Assembly (NCBI GenBank): GCA_965655095.1
Contig: OZ296648.1
Location: 142,910,001 to 142,974,000 of the forward strand
Source: Haplodiscus bocki
Lineage: Eukaryota
DNA length: 64,000 nt
Direction: 5' to 3'
Positions 12,135 to 24,500 of this stretch are shown here, piece after piece; the first letter of the stretch is position 1, and each line of letters opens with the position of its first letter. The translations under genes were made by a program, and so were the position numbers. The notes beneath the pieces are model-generated. The model had not been told where the DNA came from and made no database searches. It saw only the letters and a list, made by a program, of their open reading frames with translations.

Positions 12135-14535
12135 GTCGCTTTTTTTGTTCACTTGTCAATTGCACAATTCCGAGGTTTTGGTGGAGAAATTGCCCGTTCA
12201 ACATTTCTCAACTGGCTCCTTGAGTTGGTCTTTTGCGACAAACGCTGAAATTTTTCCCAGATCTCGCTGACAACGCTGGTATCACTGGTCGACGGAAATT
12301 TGAACATTGGTTATGAATTGCTATAAACATCGACCATTTCGTTGATAGCTCCGCAAACACAAAATTAAAATCAATATAACTTAGTATTGGCATATCTTAG
12401 TCTGGATAAATCTTTCATTGCATAAACTAAGGAGATGCTACGAATTTTCGCAAACAATAAAGAAGCTAATTTAACGGAGTCCTTGATCTACTCCGATACA
12501 AAAAACCTTAGGAGCACATTTTTGTCCAAAAACTGGAAAAAACATTTGATTGTTAAAAATTATGGTGTTTTTTATAGAAGCGTTAAAACATTATAAGTTG
12601 AATTGTATGAAGTGTTTAATACGTAACTAATTCTCGTGGTCGTTCGGAGAATTATCTTCTTTCTTTTATCAAACTCTCGTGGAATGTACTATTACTTCTT
12701 CTAGGCTGTAGACGTTCAAAATACGCTTCGAATGAAACGATAATGTCTTTTTGTTTGCGTTTTGTTCTCTTTTCCGCAGACATTTTTTTGTTATCCACAA
12801 TTCCGAGACTAGTGAACATAGAACATAGTTACTACACCGAAACTTCAACTTTCAACCAAACTACATTTTCACAAACACATTCCAAAATTCTCTTCGTCTT
12901 CGCCTTCGCAGTTATTTTGCGGAAAAAATTATAAACCCCAAACGTTACCAAATTTCATAAAACTTTTCAAAATAAATGTACTTCTGAACCACGCCTGGCG
13001 CCTATTGGAACATTGAAATGTCTCTACTAGGTAGGGAGTACTCAGATGAAAGGTAGTTTTGTGGCTTTCATTGCCAATCTTTCCGACAATAAACCGTCTT
13101 CTTTCACAAAAAATTTCTGTTTTGCTCAAACCCCCTGGGTTGGACTGACAAAACAGTACTATTGGACGAAGAGACTCTTCGAAGAACGTTTGGGGCGTAA
13201 CATTTGGGGACAAAAATTTTCACGTAACTTTCCGCCAAAGGAGAATTGAAATTTCTGGTGTTTTTTCCAACTCTGCTATTTTTGGCACGTATCGATGATG
13301 TACTTAGTTGAGACTATGCTTTTCCACAGAGCTTTTTAGCAAGAAAAAATTCTGAAACTCCGGGCCCATTCAAAATTGTGGACGCCCGGAAGACAAGTGT
13401 TTGCTTGAAAATCTGACAGTCGCTTTTTTCGCATCTTTTCCAATAGTTACTTAACTAGCCTTTCCGTGATGGAATAGCTACGATAACATATAGTCAATGA
13501 TTCGGTTAAACTCAGTTCTTTTTCCACCAAATTTTCCAAGCCTATGGGCATCGCTCGATACGTTAATGTCTTTGATCGAGAAGCGAGAGCCGTAAATTAT
13601 TGTTATGAACAAAATTGTCCCAAAAAAAACAATTTTAATTTTCCAAGGTCTGCTTTATTTTAGGCGTTCTCGCCTTTATTTTAAGAAGTTACAGGTAAAA
13701 CCATAACTGCTAACACATATAACGCTTTTGTTAAAGTATGCGTTGAGCTTTCGAAACGGATTGAACCACACATGAAATGGAATACTTGCAAAATCAAAAC
13801 ATTTTAAAAAGCCTCGTTGCATTTACCGAACCGTTTTAGCATCAGATGTCAAAAAATTAAGTTTCAAAAATCAACTATAAAGACTTTGAGAAGTTTGAAA
13901 TTAGCTGCTTCCTTCATTTTGACAGGATTTTAGTTATATTTGGGTGGTGGAAACTATCTTGATGTTAGGGAGGCGTCTTGTTATGGAAATGATCAGAATT
14001 GAATCATGTGTATACACATTCTTTGAATCTTTAATTTCGGGAGTTTAAAATTGATATCAGAACCGTAATTTTTCACGTTAACGAAAGAATTTCCAATGAA
14101 TTTGCGTTAGGAACGCATCAAACATCAAATGGAGCATGCAGGCTGAAACGTTCGTAACAGCTGAAAACCATTTTCACTCAACGACTCATTAGCACAGAAC
14201 TAACGAGTTATGAGCTACTCAAAATCATGAAATCTTGATGATGGAAACGGAAAACAAGTGGTTGAAATTCAAGCGTTCTGTTTATAGTAGTGTTTGATAC
14301 AGTATCTGAGGGGAATAATCTTTGGAAAGCAACAAAACTCTGAGAAGGTTTTTCAAACTTCTTCAAACGTATTTTGTCAAAAGAAACGCCTATCCGAGAC
14401 GAACCTTATAGAGTTTGAAAAAATTCAGAACACTTTAACACAACACATTTTTGTCCAGTTTGGCCACACTTATGACTAACTGCAACAAATTATGACCTGA
14501 AAAACATCTTGAAAAATGAAAAACTTGCAACTTAC

Positions 14536-14748
14536 CGAGAGTCCCGCCCAATAGGGTGAGGTGTTGTGAATGGCGGGAGGAAAGTTGGATAAGAAGAAAG
14601 CGCTGAAGGACGAAGCGACCACCAGAACTCCGACCACCATCTGAATCACTCCAAGCAACAACATGTTGTCACGTGACACACCACGTGACCACGTGAATCG
14701 TCTCCGGCCACCGTTACTCACTCGTTGTATGTTACTCATGGTTACCAT
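14536..14748 (-). CDS. Coding exon of an ENTREP/FAM189-like (CD20/MS4A superfamily) membrane protein
   Basis: MVTMSNIQ...LLLGVIQMVVGVLVVASSFSAFFLSNFPPAIHNTSPYWAGLS ends at a canonical phase-0 donor TCG|GTAAGT (GT at 14535-14534). LG..Q..LG...PxWAGxS is the N-terminal signature of FAM189/ENTREP and CD20-like proteins. A possible upstream acceptor TTTTCAG lies near 14845. Downstream exons were not found. Confidence 0.75.
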
Positions 14749-17700
14749 CTCAGCCCCAGACACAGAACGCTGGTTTCCTGAATTCGTTACCCAAATATCT
14801 ATCGGGTTTCTGTCAGACGGAACTGTGGGATTCCAAAAGGTTTCTGAAAACCGCTTCGGTTTGTGGGAACCTGGAACACCTGGGTCGCAATGAAATTAAG
14901 CCTCGCAGATGAGTGTTAGTTTAAACTTCATTGAAGGTGGGGAAAACAGTCAGTTTTCTGTGTTTTTGCTCAAAAGGTTGACAAAATGTAGTTTTGTAGT
15001 TTTCTGTCAGTCTTCTGGATAGGAATTATTGCTTTTTGAAGTTTTTGATATAAAGCCATGACTAATTTGTCAAATTGACACAACAGTAAAAATATCAGGG
15101 AAGGCGTAATCAAAGGAAGAGTTAGAAAGCGCGATAGATGTAATTTAAATGATATTTGTCCTGTCAGATTGTCAGTCTCAGCTTTTAATGAGAGAGGAAA
15201 TTTGGGAAAAGCGGAAAAAATGAAATTGAAGAAATAGTGGACGAAGACAGGTTGCTTAGTTAGAAAGAGACAATACACCCCGAGAGAATATAAGACGGCA
15301 GTGTTTGGTGGCGACGGTGGACTACGCGGCTGCTGCAGTTTAGATTTTTAGTCTGTTTCGTCTCTAATTTGTCATCCCAGACGCAACTTGTTATTCTGTT
15401 TTTCTCAACTCTCCAAAAAAATGGCATTTTTCTCAAATCTGTCAAATTTCTCATTGTTGCTCTCTTTTTTCTCTTTTTGTTCTAACCTCTCTTCTTATTG
15501 GCTCCTGTAAAAAGCTGAAAAATTTAAACGCTCATTAGATACAAGCGTCGAGGGACCTTTGCAAAAACGGATTCGATGTTCCTTAGGACTACTCAATGTG
15601 ATAGAGCCCTTAAAGCAACCAACCAACCAAGCAAGTAAGCAAGCAAGCAGAGCTGGGATGAGCTGAGTTGAGCAGTTATTTTTCTACCGTCATAGCAGCA
15701 TCAGCCTCCTCTTCACATCTTGCGACTTCGTTCTTGCTAAAATTCTGTTCGTTTTCATTCGCCCTTGTTTTGGCGTTGGTGGTTTTTTGGTCTATGTGAG
15801 CTCTAACACATTAAAGGTGGACAACTGAAAAACAGGATTAGGATTGTATGTCCTTCGGTGTTAGATAGGAAAGAGGGCTGCGGCTGCCTCGATGACTGCT
15901 TTCGTGATCACGTGGATTGAGATAGCTCCAAGGAGCAGCGGTGGTGCGGCTGTGTTGCTGAGAAAGAAGGAAAGGGAGGAAAATTAAGAAGAGCAGGGAC
16001 GGGAGAATTGTGTTCGCGGGAAAGGGAAAAACGAAAGGATGAGGAGGCATGTTACCACAACTTTTACCAGCAACTTACCACGACACGTAGCATGGTACCA
16101 TAGACGGATGGTTGATTGTAGATTTTTCACCATCTATATACCTATGTAACATCTTATACCTTAGTGTTCTGCCACCTCCAAGAACGACAGCTTCTATAGC
16201 GCCTAAATACGAATATTTTTCATGTTACTCCAGCAGCTCCAACAAATATACCATCGCTGTACCATGCAAACTACCAAGGCGATTTGTTATAGCGTCTAAT
16301 ACCGCCGTGAAATGCCTGTTAACCACATTTAATGCTCACTAAATGCTGTTTGCCAGTAATGTACAACATTCACACACGTTACATCCCATGCCAAGTTATT
16401 GTCACAGCACTTTGCTGCTTTTTTTCACATTTTCCCGCGCGAACGAAATTAAATTTTACCTTGTTTTGTGGGAACGAGGAATGTTACACTCAGGTTACGC
16501 CGAACGGATTTTCTATTCCATGCTATTTAAAAATTTATTCGATACCCCTGCGCTGCTAAGCATGCGGCCGTGTGCGCTAGTCAAAGGGATAGAAAAAAAT
16601 ACAGACGAATATAGAGGCGAAAAAAATGAAAAAATGGGAAAAGAGCATATGTTAGTACCTGAATCTACCAGGTCTGCCTCCCTTTTAAAGTGCCTTGATA
16701 TAGCAAAAAAATTACAGCAAAAAAAGAGAGTAAAAATGACGTCACATTTCACACCATCTAAACTGAAAGGCCAGTGGTCAAAATTTTTAAATCGATGTTC
16801 TGTAGAGCAACTCATATATCTTTCCATTTTCAAATAATCTGCCGTGCTCTCAATATAAGGTGCATTTACGTTTGCTTGAACATGTTCATATTTTCATACC
16901 TCTTGTGTTCATTGTTTACATGAATTCTTCCGCGCCCCAATTTCTTTTTTCATCGTGAACGCAGAAATGTATTGAAAAAAGTAGGCATGAGAGGGGGGTT
17001 AGTTTGAACTGTATGGCGTCTATGTATGATTTTTTAGGGATATATGCTCTTGCATGGAAGCATAAGCAAACAGTACAAGAGAGAATAGGGAGAGAAGGGA
17101 GACTAATTTTCCTAATTTTTTATATTCAGCGTGTATTGTAACAAAAAAAACCCGCAAGAGCAGAAAAAATTCAGAAAAAGCAAAAGATAAAAATATAAAA
17201 TTATAGGCTTGTCCAGGTACGTTCCAAGACTGCAGATAATGGATACCCCACTAGAAGTAGGGGTAAAAAAACATTAATCTCATTTTTTCCATAAGCATCT
17301 CTGTAATTTCGACAAAGAAAAAATCTATCGCTAAAAGCTGCTTCTAGGCGTAGAGGACATTTTCAAGAGATTTTATTTCAGAGGAATGCACTCGTTTCTG
17401 TCTCTTTTTGTGGCTCGTTTGTTGAGAGATGTTTTTTGTTTCTTGCTTTTCTCAGTTTTCTTTTTTCTTCTTTTAGAAAAATTAAAAATGTTTATGTAGT
17501 GCCATAGTGTTTACTCTTTGTATATTTTAAAAGCTTTTGCTGTATTTTTTTTTCGTACAAAAACTCGTTTATGATACTAGCCGACAAAAACAACCACCAA
17601 AGTGCAAGTTAAATGAAATTTTTGTATGACTTTGTATATTACCAAACATTTTTTGAATGAGTTAAATGATTCATACAAAATTTTGCATCTCTAAAAATTG

Positions 17701-17974
17701 TCTGTTGCGTTGATATTTTCCAAATTTCTTTGATGAAATTTGCTAGATTTGGCGCGGCCCAGTAGGTTACTTTAAAAATGAGACAGACAACAATTATTGA
17801 ATTTTTTCAAATTTTAAGATGCAATTGAAGTTATTTCACATGTAGCAGACATCTTTCCAATTTTACCGCAAAGTTCGGCTAAAATAAATCAAGTTGTGTT
17901 GACATTCAGCCATCCAGCGTCACTTCTAAACAAGTGTTAGATTAAAATTCAATGCGTCAATGATCTAATTGGTA

Positions 17975-18470
17975 CTAATAGCAGCGATGGCGATATAAGA
18001 CTTAAGTAGTAAGTGAGTGACTTGATCAGACAAGGGCTGGAGGCCCTCCATAAAATAAGAAAGGCTATAGCGGCCATAGCGGCCCGATATCCAAAAAGAG
18101 CCCAACACACTGTTTCGGGCTGGAGACCCCTTTGTCGACTCCTGTGTCAATACGTGAGCTCAATGTATTAAGATGGGGTTTGGGTAAAGCTTTTGGTTTT
18201 CGGCACTGTTTTTTTCGTGTTGTAATCTGATTGCTTTCCGACAATATTCCGCACAAATCAACGGCAATGTTTTAGGATAGGGAATGGTACTAGACGATAA
18301 ATTAGTATCGACTTTTGCAATGAATAAAGATACGGAGCCGGGTTTAGTGACTCAATTTCGGAACCGTGACGTCAGTCGGGTTACACCGAGTTAAGGTAGT
18401 GAGATACGCGATGCATGTGAAAGGATAAGCGATGCATGTATTAAGATAGGCAATCACGTTGTTTTTTCGT
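17975..18470 (+). mobile_element. LTR-like repeat of a second family, copy A
   Basis: Collinear with ~19532-20040 (GTGAGTGA, AGGCTATA, AGCCCA.CAC, AATCTGATT...GACAAT.TTCC, TTTAGTGACTCA, CATGCATGTA). The LTR identity is inferred. Confidence 0.5.
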
Positions 18471-19531
18471 TTTTTGTTTTATAAATTCAATTGTCTTTAC
18501 TGTCCAAAGAAATCTTCCAACTCTTGTTTTTGTTAAAGATTGAAATCGGTCCGCTTCCGTTCAAACGACTGCTACTGCAGCCTGATGACATCAAGCTGTG
18601 ATTACGTAATTAGTTCTCACTTCATTTTTTGATAAAAGCAAGGCCATCACTTTTTGTTGATTCGAAAATAATGCTATAGCCTGCAAATTAACTGCTTTGC
18701 AAGTTCGTGTTTAGCAGGAAAATTATATTTAGGTTCACAGACGGTTTCTCATTCTACAGAGAAGGTGTAGAAACAAAGTAGCCTAGAAATTAAAGTATCT
18801 TTGAAGACGTATTCGGGAAGTTATGATACACCCTTTCAAGCTTTCGACAAATTTTTTGAAGTTTTGGCTGAAAATGGTTCTATACAAAAAAAAGATAGAA
18901 GACAGAAAACTTGAGGATATTTCTCAGTAGCCAAGGATCTCCATAACATTCAAATAGGAATTTTTGAGAAACAATTCCCTACGTTGCCGAAGAAGAAGCA
19001 CTAAAAGTTTTCTCTGTAGCTTGTCTCAAAACATGCACACTGATGTTCAGTTTGCGATCCCCACCAACTCAGTTTTTTCTCAAAGAGTTGAAAATGAAAG
19101 TTTTAGAAGACATCCTTGCTTACAGAAAGGCAACCCAAAAATTCTCGATCTTCCTTCCGTTTAAAAAAAAATTTTTAGCTAAAACTTCAAAAAATGATCG
19201 AAAAGCGTGAAAGTCAGGATATCATAAATTTTCAAATACTGGTCCAAGTTTCATAGAAAACGCCACCACAAAAAACCACTTCATATTCTAATATTATTTT
19301 GCATCTGCCACTTTTTTTTATAAACTGAGTAGTTTCCAACGGATTTTTTCGATATTGACCGTTACTGAAAATGAACTAGCAACCAAGTTAAACATGGAAG
19401 AGCTTCTAGTATACTGAAACGATATGTACACGGACATAAATTATGGAACATAAAAAAGTCCTACAGTCAGCAAAAACGTTTTTTGAGAGTTTTCACTGCT
19501 ACATTGGCGTATTGACCAGGTTTCCGAGGCC

Positions 19532-20190
19532 TGTTAAAGCAATATCAAGTAGTTAGTATGCTTATAGTACGTGAGTGAGTCATAGGGGATGGACGCCCCT
19601 TGCCTTGAAATAGGCTATAACGACCCTGAGCCGAAAGTAGCCCACACAGTTATTTTGGCCCTTATCGCCTACTATGTTATAACATGGGTTCAAATTATTA
19701 AGATAAGATTCAAGTGAACTGTTTGGTTTTTAGCACTTTTATTCATGCAGGAATCTGATTGGCTGACGACAATTTTCCTCAAAATCCGACGTCATGGTAT
19801 TAAGTTACCAATTGGTCTTCAGCAATGTTTTAGTATAAGGTTTCGCAAAGTTTAAAGTAACGGAGTTGATTTTAGTGACTCATTTTTGGCACTGTGAGAC
19901 AGGTCAGGTTACATTGACTTGTTGTGGTGAGATATACCATGCATGTATAACGATCTATATTGCTGGATGGGAGTCATTTTCTGCGATAGTCCGGATTACC
20001 ATTGTATAAGTAATGTATTAGGGTAGCCAATGTTGTTTCTGTTTTAATTTCAGTTCAGTAGTGTAGTAGTAAACTGGGAGCAGAAAAGGAGTGTGAAGAT
20101 GGCTCTGACGGGGATTTGAACATGCGGGACCAGACCCATGAAATTATGGGCACACTGGGTGGATATTTCTTTACACCTGTGGACAGTTCT
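19532..20190 (+). mobile_element. LTR-like repeat of a second family, copy B
   Basis: Begins TGTT. Diverged homology to 17975-18470. Confidence 0.5.
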
Positions 20191-20729
20191 TACGTTTCGC
20201 GTTTTTTACGAATGCTGGTACTTCTTTGTATTGATCCATTGTGAATCGAATGATATAAATCTTCAAAAAAAAACAAAATGAAAAAAAAACGAACAAATAT
20301 CTCGTATGTATAGATTACAAGCTTGCCAGTGAAGAGTCCGGATTCCATCTGCTTCAACTGTTCGTTTTGGATGAAAATATGAAAAACTTTTTCTGTCTTA
20401 TGACTTTGAAAAACTTTTTTTGCCTGCACGTGAGTTGCAACACTACGATGTTCAGTGAAAAATCCACAATTGAACGGTATTGAAAGTTTTCCTCAAGTTT
20501 TCTGTTTCCATACAAAAGCAGAGCGAGAGGTCTGAAGAGACATAAGTTGTAATTGTGTTGTTTTCTGGTTCCTTTTGATAGTAATTTAGATAGTTGACGG
20601 CGCCGTTAATCCTCAGTGGCATCTATTCACCCCATAGAAAATGCTCTGAGTATAGCAGCAGAGACAGTGACAGTAGTTAGTTTTCAAAATTTCTACTTCG
20701 TTTTTGCTTTTCTTTTGTGCACGCTTCGA

Positions 20730-21100
20730 AAACATCAATGTTACACAGTACTTTCTTGATTCAACTAAATTCTATGTCGTCGTTGCAACTTTTGATAGTT
20801 CCACCAGAATTTGAAGAACTGAAATGCTGCATAACTTGTGTAGAAACTGCAAACGCTCGGATGGGACAATAATGGTGTTTGTGTCTTTTCCTTATGATGC
20901 TGTTTGAAAAACCAGTGCTTTTTATGTTCTAGAAAGTTTACAAAACAGATGAAATGAAAAAACTCTGCAATCAAGTTCCAACGTTCGCCTGCATTTTGCT
21001 GGATTGCGTAGTCATAATAGCAAAACTCTCATTTGGAAGAGTTTGAACATATTCTAAAGCCATGAACAAAGGTACCGATGCCCGAGTCAAAGAATAAGAA
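20730..21100 (-). pseudogene. Polinton adenain-like cysteine protease remnant
   Basis: FAIMTTQSSKMQ(GE-W)LIA followed by PLLSHPSVCSFYTSYAAF. These match the GxHW and QxxxSxxCGxY catalytic regions. Confidence 0.7.
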
Positions 21101-21139
21101 TGATTATTTCCTGCAGAGTAACGTTATCCATTTGAGATG

Positions 21140-22410
21140 TTTTGGCATCAACCCCAAACACATTAACTGCAAACCAACATTAAAATATGAGGTCAAGAAA
21201 ACATTCCAGAGGAAAGAAAAGTTTAAGTCCAATCTCAGTGGTTCTCAAACTAGTTCTGAGGAAAAACTAATTTCCTTAGCATCTAGAAATAAAGTCAAAT
21301 GAAACACTATTGTCTCGTTGTTTTTGATTTTATCAATATGAATTGAGAGAATTTAACCTTGAAAGTTCATTGATTCACTTTTCGTTTCATATAGTCAGCA
21401 ATTGTCAGAAGAATCCATTTTTTCGATCGGCTGACCTCCGGGTACTCTATTTTAGGTGAGATTGAACTGCTGATAAGAACGGATTGTCTGTCAAGATCCA
21501 TTGATTGCAGAATTTTTGTTCAGCTCAATGGCTATTTCAGGAAAGGGAGCTGTGTTAAAAGTGTTCTTTGCGTTTATCTAGCAGAAAAGTTGAAAGTTGA
21601 AAGTCTTTGATAGAACCCTCAAAAAACTTGTACTACTCGGAGACATATGCAAGAACGTTCATTCATTTCTCAAGAAAATTGACTTTCGAAGTAATACAAC
21701 GAGTGTAAAACGAATAATCAACACATCCAAAACCAACGTTGGTGTCGTTGGTAGCCGTGTAAAAATTAGGTCTGTCCCTATTAGTCATAACCACAAAGTT
21801 TCATCTTTGGATGTCGCGGTTCAGAAGTCGAGAAAAAGTTTGAGCCTGATTTACTTTACAAAATGAAGCCTACTCTTTCTAAAAAGGGTTCAGACAACGA
21901 TGAGTGCGTAATCTCGTCAGACTATTCTTCGTAGTCATACTCTTTGATGTGCTAAACTCCCTTGTAATGAGATGGCTCCATTGAAGTTGATTGAGATGTA
22001 AGACTTGTTTGCATAGAGTTCATTTGGATTGCAATTTGGTGATTGTTGATTAACTTTCCATTTTTGGAAAAAAAACTGCAAAATTTTGATGAAAGGGGTA
22101 ACAAGAGAAACTGTAGTATCTTCCTCCATTTCATTGTCCGCTGCATCCAATATTGTTTCTTCCTAGTGCCTTTCTCCATTTCTGCTTCAATTTTTGGAGC
22201 CATATATTTGGACCAATTTCATTTTTGAAGAAAAACATTCAAATCAACGTAAAACTTCATATCCGTTTGAGACTCAAGTACAGAGCAGTGTTATTCGAAC
22301 GAAGTAGCAGGGCATATTTCATGTTCGTGGGATGACAAGACATCGTCAACTACTAAAAATTTCCCTTGAAGATTTTCACATACTGTCGAAAAGTTGGTAC
22401 TGCAAATGAA
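21140..22410 (-). pseudogene. Polinton major capsid protein (double jelly-roll) remnant
   Basis: N-terminal VVDDVLSSHEHEICPA...ESQTDMKFYVDL; VTPFIKIL...NPNELYANKSYISINF, resembling the NxLHSxFS..N.Y.Y..YI block; C-terminal ELV*EPLRLDLNFSFPLE. Frameshifted. Confidence 0.7.
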
Positions 22411-22429
22411 ATTGAAAGCGAATAATTAG

Positions 22430-22760
22430 CCAGAAAAATTTGTAAAAATGCCTCCACGTGGCCGACTGGTTGGCTTGTTAGGCTTGGCTGGAATGACGTT
22501 CTTCTGTTTACAACCACTAGTCCGTTGCTTCCTCATCGTTTGCCGTACCACATTTTTTCCAGCTGTCTAGATATTTTTTGCTTCTGTGAGTCCTAGTGAC
22601 CTCTTCAGTTTTTGGCGCAGCAAATTCTCACATTTCAGCACCGGTACGTTTCGCAGCTGGGTCAACCTATCCACGCAAACATAGAATCGCTCTTCTCCCA
22701 AAAACTTTGGCAAGTGCACCGAATCCCCATCTTCCACTTTTTCCATCATTTCTACTATAG
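22430..22760 (-). pseudogene. Polinton small basic core-like protein remnant
   Basis: GRWGFGALAKVFGR...PAAKRTG..EFAAP...VRQTMRKQ...KQKNVIPAKPNKPTSRPRGGIF. A GxGF(G) motif plus basic tail, located between penton and MCP. Confidence 0.55.
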
Positions 22761-22789
22761 TATGGAATTTCTATTTGTCTTGATGCTAC

Positions 22790-23605
22790 CACCTTGGAAC
22801 GTCTTTCTTGTTAGGAATGAATGTTGGAGGCTTTTTCTAATTGTCATTTTCAGTCGAATGATACCCGGGGTTGCAAAAGGTATTGCTTTACCACTCCAAT
22901 CTATCCAGTCAAGCTGAACACCAAGACACCTTGAGCAGTGGTGTAAGTTATAGGTTCCTATATGCTGGAAGTTTATTTACAGTCCAGGAATGATTTTTTC
23001 CTCAAATTTTAGCTTTGTGATAAAGGGACAGCAGCAGAAATAAAGAGCCGTTCTAGCGTCAACAATTTTTCACTGAATCTGGTCTGTGTATATCATGAGG
23101 GAGTATATTAGGAGACGTCGTAAGCAGATTCTGGTTTCTGAATTCGGTTTCTCCCCAACCTCAGTCCAAAATCCTTGCCAACATTACTACCAAAAATAAA
23201 TCCTAAGTCAGAACTGAAAAACTCAAGTTCAGACATTAAATTTGCGAGGTACTCATCAAATTTTGCGTTCTTCGAGAAAAATTGACGCCAAAAACACTTC
23301 TCGGTGTGATTGTGTCTCTCTTGAACGCACTTTTTTATGTTTTCCAGATTATCCGTAATGGAAGGATAGAGGTTGGGTTTCAAGTAGTAGCATTCTCAGT
23401 TAGGAAGTTTAGTGTCAATAAACAAAAGTGTCTGCCGTCCAGCATTTCAGTAATTAAATATGTAGCGTGTTTCCTACTTTGCAACCTCCCAAAGCTTCTC
23501 ATGATTTAGTTGCTACCGCAAAATTGTGAAAAAGCCGAGTGTACTTTCAGAGAAAGTTTGCGCAGGTGCAGTAGGGACCAACTCGATAATGAACGATTTC
23601 ATTAT
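22790..23605 (-). pseudogene. Polinton minor capsid (penton) remnant
   Basis: SFIIELVPTA..TF.ESTLGFFT.L..QLN..KLWEVA matches the FxxxLxSN...FPxNT..F..L..LxL.G.WEVAL motif; also PNLYPSITD, DLGFIFG and SLMIYTD.I..IV. Confidence 0.75.
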
Positions 23606-23629
23606 TAATTGACTTTTATCTTTTCTTTT

Positions 23630-24500
23630 TCATAAACTTTACTACTTATTACTTTGCCTTGATCGTTTTTATAGTGAAAATTGGCGGTTTTGTGATAGCG
23701 GTCGCAACAATTCACAATTTTGCTTAAATGGTAACTTGTGAATTTTTCGAGATGGTGAAGCATACTCGTTGATCAGAATTATCTATCTCCAAATTTAGAC
23801 TTTGTTTTTCTATGATCTCGTAGAGGTTTCCATTGAAGATTAGACACAAAGCAAGAAGTCATGACATCTTTTGCTCTCAAATCACCAAGCATTAATTTAT
23901 AGAATTCGAGGTCGTAACAAACTGCGTCAACTTGTGAATCTGTTTGTATCCATAGTATTCCATCTACTGAGAGAAAGTGTTTTCTACTTATTGTACTTTA
24001 TGTTAGGCAAAATCGGCCTAGTTTTCAATCATGGTAGAAGAAAATCGTTTTCCTTGAGCATAACAAGAAATTTTGAACTCTTCTAGAAACTCTGTCTTCT
24101 TGTCAACCCAGACTGAGGGTTTCTGTCTCTCTTTTGAGGCGATTCTTTTCGCAATCTTGACTGACAACGCTCCAAAAGTCACTTAGAAATCTTTTCTTTT
24201 CAATTTTTTGCATCCACTTTTCAATGAACAAGTCATGACGAACTGGCATTTTTTTCACCAAAATTTTTGTTTCTCATTTAATCGGAAAAAGATATTTTTT
24301 AACTCCAAAATTCGTTTTTATATCTCCCGAAATCTTGCATTCTCCCGAACTTTTGTGTTTCCCTAGTGAATTTTGTGTTCAGAGTCCTTGATTGTAAAAA
24401 CAGTCTCACCCTTGAACCTTTGAAACTAGCAGTTTGCCAGCTTCTGAAGAGTTGTGGGCAAAAATCCATAAGCAGGGACAGTTTGACTGAAAAATCTTTG
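23630..24500 (-). pseudogene. Polinton retroviral-like (rve) integrase remnant
   Basis: VRLFLQS...TKFTR...YKNEFW; WVDKKTEF (the WxDxGxEF core); STM..ADFA; YGYK; C-terminal KSKFGD...KPPIFTIK. Confidence 0.75.

Noticed and set aside
16343-16837. 164-aa ORF
   Set aside because: No recognisable domain, non-ATG start, and it overlaps repeat-like DNA.
18960-19430. Possible Polinton packaging ATPase relic
   Set aside because: Only faint similarity; no readable Walker A motif.
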